From a virus: a DNA stretch of 64,000 nucleotides. The translations under genes were made by a program, and so were the position numbers. The notes beneath the pieces are model-generated. The model did not search any database. It was given only the letters and a program-made list of their open reading frames with translations, and was not told the DNA's origin. Positions 8,608 through 14,407 of the stretch are shown here, one piece after another (within the stretch, counting starts at the first letter, position 1; each line of letters opens with the position of its first letter). The stretch covers positions 420 to 64,419 of IMG/VR virus record IMGVR_UViG_3300031949_000029; one strand, given 5' to 3'.

Positions 8608-8772
8608 TTAGCGATTGGATCGCCTACGCTTCTCCTCTTCCTCCTGCTGTGCCAAGCGCGTCGCTTCCTTCTGCTCCTCTTCTAGCTCTCTCTGCTCTCG
8701 CTTACGCATCCGCTCTTCGAAGGCTTTGAACTTCTCCTCGTCGTCAGGGCCGATCTTGACTGTGTCAGACAT
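8608..8772 (-). CDS. Small charged coiled-coil protein (54 aa)
   Basis: AAGGAG RBS; MSDTVKIGPDDEEKFKAFEERMRKREQRE... Confidence 0.45.
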   Translation of the reverse strand: MSDTVKIGPDDEEKFKAFEERMRKREQRELEEEQKEATRLAQQEEEEKRRRSNR

Positions 8773-8784
8773 GAGCGCTCTCCT

Positions 8785-8859
8785 TGGTGGGCCTGGAGGG
8801 GGTCGAACCCTCGCCGTGCGAGTTAAAAGCCCGCTATGCTGCCATTACACTACAGGCCC
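8785..8859 (-). tRNA. tRNA-Lys(TTT)
   Basis: Loop CT-TTT-AA; CCA. Confidence 0.92.
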
Positions 8860-8969
8860 ATCGTCATCATCTAGTAAGGCTACCACAACATAGATAGCGC
8901 CCACTACGAAGTATGTAATCAGGCCAGCAGTAACCAACCAGTCTTTTGCCAGTTCCAGTCGCTCATTAT

Positions 8970-9158
8970 CTATCCTGCACAAGGGCACCAGAACAGATGC
9001 CCAGCTAGGACGCCAAAGAAGAATGGAATCACGGGCCAGCGTCTACTAGCCTTCCAGATCCCTTCACTGAGGGTGTCTCGATGCGTAAGCACGGCGAACA
9101 GGTCGTAGGCAACGACTAGAGCCAGCAGAACTAGTAGAGCAACACTAGTTAACTGCAT
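8970..9158 (-). CDS. Small two-TM membrane protein
   Basis: Two hydrophobic helices in 62 aa. Confidence 0.45.
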   Translation of the reverse strand: MQLTSVALLVLLALVVAYDLFAVLTHRDTLSEGIWKASRRWPVIPFFFGVLAGHLFWCPCAG

Positions 9159-9432
9159 GAGGAGTAACCTTTACATGAGCAGATACGCCACAACATGGGC
9201 AGTCAGGATACGCGGCCCGGAAGTCACTAACAAAGCTTTGAGCACGTGGATCGGTACCTGTAGTGAAGATCTGTAGATCGTGCCGGGTGCACCAGACTAC
9301 TAGCTCGTTAGCTGGTGACAGGCCGACCGAGAACCTGGCATATTCCATTGGAGAATTGGTTCCTGCTGTGCCGGCCTGGATTTCTTGAACACAGCTATGA
9401 CAATGCATGAACCGGTCAGTTGGGTTCTTCAT
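9145..9432 (-). CDS. Hypothetical protein
   Basis: 95-aa ORF overlapping its neighbours in operon style. Confidence 0.45.
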   Translation of the reverse strand: MKNPTDRFMHCHSCVQEIQAGTAGTNSPMEYARFSVGLSPANELVVWCTRHDLQIFTTGTDPRAQSFVSDFRAAYPDCPCCGVSAHVKVTPHAVN

Positions 9433-9730
9433 TGGAGGATCTCCTTGTAAGGTCGCCGGGAAGCACAGGTAACCCTACTATGACTCTGAACTGCGCCATG
9501 GCCTCGTTGGACTCAATTACGCTCTGCTCGGCGATTTCTAGAGGATCAGCGTCTTCTTTGGCTAGACAAGCTGTATGGACAATAGAAAGGGCCAAAGTAA
9601 GCCCTTCGATGTTGCCAGTGAGACGGCCTTGAAGGTAAGTAGGGCTGTCCCCAGGACTAAGCTTGTGCAGCTGCTGATTAATAGCACTACACAGCGCGGT
9701 TAAAGCAGTATGAACATGACTAAGTGCCAT
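9416..9730 (-). CDS. Hypothetical protein
   Basis: 104-aa ORF with AGGAG RBS. Confidence 0.45.
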   Translation of the reverse strand: MALSHVHTALTALCSAINQQLHKLSPGDSPTYLQGRLTGNIEGLTLALSIVHTACLAKEDADPLEIAEQSVIESNEAMAQFRVIVGLPVLPGDLTRRSSNEEPN

Positions 9731-9773
9731 CGGATCTCCTATAGTTGGCTGACAGGTCCTGCAGAGGACGTTG

Positions 9774-9846
9774 CTCAGGCGGTAGGAGTCGAACCTACAT
9801 CCTTCGCCTTAACAGGGCGCTGCTCAACCAATTGAGCTACACCTGA
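9774..9846 (-). tRNA. tRNA-Asn(GTT), CCA not encoded
   Basis: Loop CT-GTT-AA; ends G-CAA. Confidence 0.88.
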
Positions 9847-9887
9847 GCGACGCCTTCTGCGGCCAGTCCGCACCACCTCTATTCAGT

Positions 9888-9961
9888 TGGCCGAGGGACA
9901 GGGAGTTGAACCCTGATCGGCCGGGTCAGAGCCGGCTGCACTTCCATTGTGCTATCCCTCA
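9888..9961 (-). tRNA. tRNA-Gln(CTG)
   Basis: Loop CT-CTG-AC; CCA. Confidence 0.9.
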
Positions 9962-10219
9962 GTTGATCGTGTTCTTGAACACCGGGCGGAGACTGAACTT
10001 CTCGACACTGCTGATAGGGTGTAGATGCAGGACATCCTTGATGGCCTGCGGTACATAGCCTTGAGAAATCAGGGAGACAACTTTGTCCCTGGCCTTTTTG
10101 ATTCCTAGATAGGTCCCCTCCACGAAGTCGCTGCCTTCACTGAGGTCCACGTATAGCTCATAGTAGATCTCCTCAGCCTTTAGCGCCTGCTCTGGGTCAA
10201 TCTTAATGGCTGTTGCCAT
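9959..10219 (-). CDS. Hypothetical protein
   Basis: 86-aa ORF with AAGGAGGAG RBS. Confidence 0.5.
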   Translation of the reverse strand: MATAIKIDPEQALKAEEIYYELYVDLSEGSDFVEGTYLGIKKARDKVVSLISQGYVPQAIKDVLHLHPISSVEKFSLRPVFKNTIN

Positions 10220-10238
10220 TAGTTACTCCTCCTTAAAT

Positions 10239-10314
10239 TGGTTGGGGGCAAGGGAGTTGAACCCTCACTATGCGGTCCCAGGCCGCAGGTGCTGCCAGGT
10301 TACACCAACCCCCA
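10239..10314 (-). tRNA. tRNA-Pro(TGG)
   Basis: Loop CC-TGG-GA; CCA. Confidence 0.88.
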
Positions 10315-10315
10315 A

Positions 10316-10390
10316 TGGGGTGTCCGGGTGGATTTGAACCACACGCTTAGGGGGCCACAACCCCTCGGGCTTCCACTACCCCACGGACAC
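10316..10390 (-). tRNA. tRNA-His(GTG), no encoded G-1
   Basis: Loop TT-GTG-GC; C73-CCA; T at position -1. Confidence 0.85.
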
Positions 10391-10399
10391 ATCAGTTGC

Positions 10400-10672
10400 C
10401 TATTCTAGCTTGTTACTTAGCTCGGTCAACAGCTCCTTGCTTGCCTGATTGCTGAATGCCAGCATGAAGCCTATGCGTTCTGGGATTGTCAGCTTGCCAC
10501 ACTCTTCACAAGTGTAACCAGCTGTGGCCCAGGTGTTGGGAGTGTCACTAGTCTGCCTGGAGCCGCAGTGATCACAGGTGAACTTGACCCAGCATAGGGC
10601 GCCTTGGCCTATTAGTTTCTCGATCTTGGCTAGGGCCTCAGGGACTGGCAAGTCTTTGTGCTCTGGCTTCAC
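10400..10672 (-). CDS. Zinc-ribbon hypothetical protein
   Basis: CDHCG...CEECG; GTG start after GGAGA. Confidence 0.5.
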   Translation of the reverse strand: MKPEHKDLPVPEALAKIEKLIGQGALCWVKFTCDHCGSRQTSDTPNTWATAGYTCEECGKLTIPERIGFMLAFSNQASKELLTELSNKLE

Positions 10673-10693
10673 AGCTTCTCCTTTCCTGTCTGT

Positions 10694-10768
10694 TGGTACT
10701 CCCCGAAGGACTCGAACCTTCAACCCCCTGGGTGTAGGCCAGGTACTCTGCCATTGAGCTAGGGGAGT
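10694..10768 (-). tRNA. tRNA-Val(TAC)
   Basis: Loop CC-TAC-AC; CCA. Confidence 0.88.
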
Positions 10769-10769
10769 A

Positions 10770-10842
10770 TGGAAGCGGAGGAGGGAGTTGAACCCTCCCG
10801 CGATAGGGTATGAACCTACGCTGGCCTCCGGGCCTCCCCGCA
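10770..10842 (-). tRNA. tRNA with CAT anticodon (Met/fMet-like), atypical core
   Basis: Loop TT-CAT-AC; U1:U72 mismatch; 4-nt D-loop; U73-CCA. Confidence 0.7.
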
Positions 10843-10943
10843 ACAGGGTGAAGGCAACCCCTTACCTTCACCCACGACTCGACAGGTGCTCTTGCTAATG
10901 TTACTCCAGCAATAAAGCCCAGGAAAATTCCTGGGACTGCCGA

Positions 10944-11258
10944 TTAGGCTTTGGGCGGTAAGTGCTCGTCCGGCTTCTCCTCTTTTAGCTGGGCGGATCC
11001 CCACGGGGGATCGTAGTTCTTTTGGGCCTCGATCAGGAAGCGGGCTAGACGGTTATATTGGTCGATTCCTATAAGCCAGTCATAGCGATAGGCATGACGA
11101 GTCCATAGTAGGATTCCTATTAACGCCCCAGAGCCGACTAACTTCCAGCTCTGTATGGCCAGTAATAGAGCAGCTATACCGCCAATGGTGTTTGCCACAA
11201 TTTCCAGAGCATCCCAATTGGCCGATGGCTGCCTTAGCCACCTACTGAACTTGCTCAC
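10944..11258 (-). CDS. Membrane hypothetical protein
   Basis: Two hydrophobic segments in 104 aa. Confidence 0.45.
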   Translation of the reverse strand: MSKFSRWLRQPSANWDALEIVANTIGGIAALLLAIQSWKLVGSGALIGILLWTRHAYRYDWLIGIDQYNRLARFLIEAQKNYDPPWGSAQLKEEKPDEHLPPKA

Positions 11259-11281
11259 ATGCTTTCCTTTCCCTGATCAAA

Positions 11282-11356
11282 TGGTGGAGGCCGAGGGAAT
11301 CGAACCCTCACCTAGCGGGTGCAAACCGCTCGTGCTCCCTTTATCACTAGGCCCCC
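11282..11356 (-). tRNA. tRNA-Ala(TGC)
   Basis: Loop TT-TGC-AC; G3:U70; A73-CCA. Confidence 0.93.
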
Positions 11357-11625
11357 AGGGTGGGAGCGTCGTCAAGCTCCCTCGATACGGCTGGTTCCGG
11401 ATCCAGCAGCACCTTACGCCCTGCTATTTATGGACTGTTGACTAGACAGCCGCTGCGGGGATAGCTCCCCCTAGGGCCGGTATCCTCCCTTTAGAAGAGG
11501 GGGCATGTGGGGGGTATCCTACCCACAGTTAAGGCCATGCTTAGCCAGGCCCCCCGAAGGACTCGAACCTTCATCTCCGGCAGGCTCACTAGGTGCCCAG
11601 CAACGTTCTGGGTTCTAGAAAGCTT
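11357..11625 (-). ncRNA. Circularly permuted tRNA-like RNA (Yrl-like or two-piece tmRNA-like)
   Basis: Order: anticodon-stem strand GCCGG, T-arm GAAGG-TTCGAGT-CCTTC, GGGGGGC, 44-nt insert, GCCCCC, D-arm TTCT-AAAGGG-AGGA, CCGGC. Confidence 0.6.
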
Positions 11626-11631
11626 TCTGTT

Positions 11632-11705
11632 TGGCGGAGGCAGCGGGACTCGAACCCGCGCTACCAGGCTGACAACCAGGCGTCTTGCCGCTCGACTATG
11701 CCTCC
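11632..11705 (-). tRNA. tRNA-Asp(GTC)
   Basis: Loop TT-GTC-AG; G73-CCA. Confidence 0.88.
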
Positions 11706-11878
11706 CGGATGATTAGATTGACGGTACCGCAGTGGCCACACAGCAGTTTATACCGTGGGGACCGGTCATCGAACTTATCTGATCCACAAACGTAGCAGGT
11801 GAAGTATAGAAGCTTCACCAGTCTAGGTTCGCGGAGCCGACGAGTACGACGAGCATGACGGCGCTGTGGTCTAGACAT
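11696..11878 (-). CDS. Small zinc-ribbon protein
   Basis: CYVCG...CGHCG; basic N-terminus. Confidence 0.4.
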   Translation of the reverse strand: MSRPQRRHARRTRRLREPRLVKLLYFTCYVCGSDKFDDRSPRYKLLCGHCGTVNLIIREA

Positions 11879-11901
11879 TAATTAGCTGGCTCCCTGTTGA
11901 A

Positions 11902-11975
11902 TGGCCCAGCTGGGATTCGAACCCAGATTACCACAGCTCTTAAGGCTGGGCGCTGTGCCAGTTCGCTACTGGGCC
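11902..11975 (-). tRNA. tRNA-Leu(TAA), short variable region, CCA not encoded
   Basis: Loop CT-TAA-GA; A73. Confidence 0.82.
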
Positions 11976-11976
11976 A

Positions 11977-12053
11977 TGGTCCCGGCGAGAGGATTCGAAC
12001 CTCTATTAGACACTGGGTTTGAGCCAGCCGCTCTGCCATTTCGCCACGCCGGG
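11977..12053 (-). tRNA. tRNA-Leu(CAA), short variable region
   Basis: Loop CT-CAA-AC; A73-CCA. Confidence 0.85.
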
Positions 12054-12054
12054 T

Positions 12055-12131
12055 TGGTAGCCCCGAGGAGATTCGAACTCCCACTGTCATGCTTCTAAGG
12101 CACGTGCCTCCTGCCGTTGGGCTACGGGGCT
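12055..12131 (-). tRNA. tRNA-Leu(TAG), short variable region
   Basis: Loop CT-TAG-AA; A73-CCA. Confidence 0.88.
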
Positions 12132-12137
12132 ATAAGC

Positions 12138-12146
12138 ATCATATCA
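12138..12146 (-). promoter_or_regulatory. Candidate extended -10 promoter before the Leu tRNAs
   Basis: TGATATGAT (TGn-TATGAT) 6 nt upstream of tRNA-Leu(TAG). Confidence 0.4.
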
Positions 12147-12245
12147 GGATTGTGGTGGCTGGCGGAGAGTCAAGCAGCCCTATATCATCCCCACCCATTA
12201 CCGGCTGCCCGGCCACCGCATCCTTTCAGCTTTAGTCCTATCGAA

Positions 12246-12320
12246 TGGTGCAGGCACTGGGACTTGAACCCAGACCAGGCTGGTTAAGAGCCAGCTATGC
12301 TGCATTGACACCATGCCTGC
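12246..12320 (-). tRNA. tRNA-Lys(CTT)
   Basis: Loop CT-CTT-AA; CCA. Confidence 0.92.
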
Positions 12321-12321
12321 G

Positions 12322-12690
12322 TGGAGCCGGGACTTGCTGGTACTGCACGTGTCTTGATCGTCCCAGCAGTAGCCCGGCATGGAACCCCACGCACCGGGTA
12401 AGTCCAAGTGGTTAGCCAGTGCTTACCAACACCAGGCCACCTGGCGGTACGTGGGGGTGCGGCGGTACTGCCCGGCGAGCCTCTCCTGTCACCCAGAGAG
12501 CAGTGGGGGCCTTGAGGACTTGTTCCAGTCTATCTAGGGCGTCAACCGCCCATCCTCGTCATCCTCTGGATCTCGGCCATCGAGCCGGAGTTGCACCGGC
12601 ATGCCCAGGGGAGCGACCTTGCTGGGCAGCGGACAGAGCATGACCGTCGAGGGTCGAAGCTCCCTTCGAACCCCTCGACATGCCCTGTCA
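12322..12690 (-). ncRNA. Candidate large structured ncRNA ending in TCCA
   Basis: Several long helices, a T-loop-like hairpin, and a terminal GCCGGG/CCCGGC-T-CCA; no credible ORF. Confidence 0.6.
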
Positions 12691-12695
12691 TTTCT

Positions 12696-12770
12696 TGGAG
12701 CTGCGGAGTGGCTTCGAACCACTGTCTGCGCCGTACCAGGACGCTGCTCTTCCCATTGAGCTACCACAGC
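12696..12770 (-). tRNA. tRNA-Thr(GGT)
   Basis: Loop CT-GGT-AC; CCA. Confidence 0.9.
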
Positions 12771-12774
12771 AGTC

Positions 12775-12848
12775 TGGAGCGAGTGAGCGGACTCGAACCG
12801 CCGTCATCAGCTTGGAAGGCTGAGGCCCTACCATTGGACGACACTCGC
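12775..12848 (-). tRNA. tRNA-Gly(TCC)
   Basis: Loop CT-TCC-AA; U73-CCA. Confidence 0.93.
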
Positions 12849-12850
12849 TC

Positions 12851-12960
12851 TGTGGTGGCCAGACTCGACACTGGCTGTCCCGGCTGCGGGCTATGCGTGT
12901 AGAATATCTACACGATCCGCGACATGTCCCGCACCGCGTGTCCTTCCACGCCGCACCACA
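12851..12960 (-). ncRNA. tRNA-shaped RNA with an enlarged, branched anticodon domain
   Basis: Acceptor TGTGGTG/CACCACA; D-arm GCGTG-GAAGGA-CACGC; T-arm GCCAG-TGTCGAGT-CTGGC. Confidence 0.65.
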
Positions 12961-12970
12961 TTCGATCTAT

Positions 12971-13267
12971 GCCCTCAGTCCCTCAGTCCATCCATAACCC
13001 TACTGAGGACGACCAGGGTCCGCGCTCTGCGAGTGGATGGTCTCGCCAAAGCCGGTTGGGTGGAGGCCCTTAATGGGGACCGGCGGCTCCCCTACGCTTG
13101 TCGGGAGATTGGAGCGTGACTCTCCCATTGAGGGCTCAAGCGGAAGCCCTATCTATGGGGCGGTGGAGGGTAGAGAGAGCAGGTGTCACGTGTGCCGTAT
13201 ACCGGACGCTGCAGCGGCGGGCTGGCGGTGACACTGCATCTGCTCTGTTATTCCCCCCGGTGCCCCC
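12971..13267 (-). ncRNA. Candidate multi-pseudoknot ncRNA
   Basis: 5' long hairpin domain plus four H-type pseudoknot-compatible pairings (see finding). Confidence 0.65.
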
Positions 13268-13342
13268 TGGAGCGTGGAAGGGGATTCGAACCCCCGTCTC
13301 GGCCTTGGCAAGGCCGTGTGCTACCGGCTGCACCATCCGCGC
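13268..13342 (-). tRNA. tRNA-Gly(GCC)
   Basis: Loop TT-GCC-AA; U73-CCA. Confidence 0.92.
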
Positions 13343-13343
13343 A

Positions 13344-13414
13344 TGGAGGTAGAGCTTGAGAAGGGGAAGGGCTAGCCCACCACCGGCCCTGCGAAATTCT
13401 CTCCCTGCTCCACC
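13344..13414 (-). ncRNA. Rod-like hairpin RNA ending in TCCA
   Basis: GGTGGAGC/GCTCTACC-T-CCA; fills the slot between two tRNAs. Confidence 0.6.
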
Positions 13415-13417
13415 GTA

Positions 13418-13492
13418 TGGTAGCCCTGTCGGGATTCAAACCCGAGTCACATGGCTGAGAACCATGCATGCTAATCGCTGCACCACAGGGCC
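13418..13492 (-). tRNA. tRNA-Glu(CTC)
   Basis: Loop TT-CTC-AG; CCA. Confidence 0.88.
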
Positions 13493-13494
13493 AT

Positions 13495-13560
13495 TGGTGC
13501 TCGGGTTGCGTACCGAGCCCCCGTCTACGCTATGAAAAAATCATGCGGTCGGCGGGACGA
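13495..13560 (-). ncRNA. Two-hairpin RNA ending in an ACCA minihelix
   Basis: GCTCGG-TACGCAAC-CCGAGC-A-CCA preceded by a CCCGCC/GACGGG hairpin; 5' end uncertain. Confidence 0.5.
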
Positions 13561-13627
13561 AACTCTACCTTACCTTGTCAGGTATGAAGTTAGTCAGTTG
13601 TCAAAGAGCCATAGGCGCTGGGCCTGC

Positions 13628-13715
13628 TGGTGGGAAGCCAGGGGATCGAACCCTGCTGCTCACTGAGGAGGGGTGGTTTACAGCCACCTGCGAGACCCTT
13701 CTCGCCGAGCTTCCC
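13628..13715 (-). tRNA. tRNA-Tyr(GTA)
   Basis: Loop CT-GTA-AA; long variable arm; CCA. Confidence 0.9.
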
Positions 13716-13723
13716 AGAGACGG

Positions 13724-13729
13724 ATTATA
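13724..13729 (-). promoter_or_regulatory. Consensus -10 element upstream of tRNA-Tyr
   Basis: TATAAT 8 nt before the tRNA 5' end; no canonical -35 seen. Confidence 0.5.
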
Positions 13730-13747
13730 CTATGCCTACCTGCTTAC

Positions 13748-14407
13748 CTATGCCTGTCCTTTGTCTTCGGTGCCTGGGTCCTTAGGGTTCATGGTGATAC
13801 GCTGCAATGCTGAATAAGCCATGTGCACAGGGTCACCAGTGGCCCTAGTAGCTCCAATGTTGGCCGACAAGATGTCTATACTGGGTTTGACCGTAGCCGC
13901 GGTGTAGACAGCAGCTTGTTGCTTGGCAATTCCCAGTCCACCCGCTTCAGCAAAAGCATCCACGTTGGCTCCCAGATAGGTGAACTGCCAGCTGTAAACA
14001 TCACGCTGATGACTGATCATCTGAGCAACCTGGGCCCTGTTGTAGCGCGTGCTGGCGTTTTCCTGGCCATCAGTGATGATGATGAAGATGACTAGCTGGG
14101 GGCGCTGATCCTCAGGGGTGTTGCTCAAACGGCTGCCTACGCTATCGATGGTACGGCCGACAGCGTCCAGAAGGGCGGTCATGCCTCGAGGTTCTAGCCT
14201 GATTTCCGAGACTTCCTGGATCGGCTTGCTGCTAAACACCAACTCATAGATGTCGTCGAACTGGACGAGGGTCAGGTGGCATTCACCAGGAAGCTGCTGC
14301 TGATCAGCAGTGAGAGCCCTGAGGCCCCCTTCCATGTCTAAGCGGCAGCTTGACATCGAGCCGGAGCGGTCCAGCACGACAACTAGCTCAGTAAGGTTCT
14401 GCTTCAT
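13748..14407 (-). CDS. von Willebrand factor A (vWA) domain protein
   Basis: MIDAS motifs VVVLDRSGSM, GMTALLDA and IITDGQEN. Confidence 0.88.
   Translation of the reverse strand: MKQNLTELVVVLDRSGSMSSCRLDMEGGLRALTADQQQLPGECHLTLVQFDDIYELVFSSKPIQEVSEIRLEPRGMTALLDAVGRTIDSVGSRLSNTPEDQRPQLVIFIIITDGQENASTRYNRAQVAQMISHQRDVYSWQFTYLGANVDAFAEAGGLGIAKQQAAVYTAATVKPSIDILSANIGATRATGDPVHMAYSALQRITMNPKDPGTEDKGQA

Noticed and set aside
12480-12610. Cobalamin riboswitch (CCGGTGCAACTCCGG and CCCACTG)
   Set aside because: The flanking GGGAA and GGGAAG/B12-box elements are missing, and there is no downstream gene
12961-13267. Standard one-piece tmRNA (GGGGGC start, serial pseudoknots)
   Set aside because: The 5' G-run pairs locally, there is no terminal T-arm with G3:U70 and CCA, and no tag frame is evident
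13344-13414. SRP (4.5S) RNA
   Set aside because: The CAGG side is present, but the GNRA tetraloop and AGCAG motif of helix 8 are not
13003-13565. Hammerhead ribozyme (CTGAGGA at 13003, GACGAAAC at about 13557)
   Set aside because: The two core halves are about 550 nt apart and neither has the required local stems
4351-13817. Many 60-150-aa ORF-track entries overlapping tRNAs (e.g. 5657-6064, 7331-7657, 11878-12090, 12419-12643, 13037-13469)
   Set aside because: They are translations of tRNA or structured RNA sequence, with no RBS and no protein-like motifs
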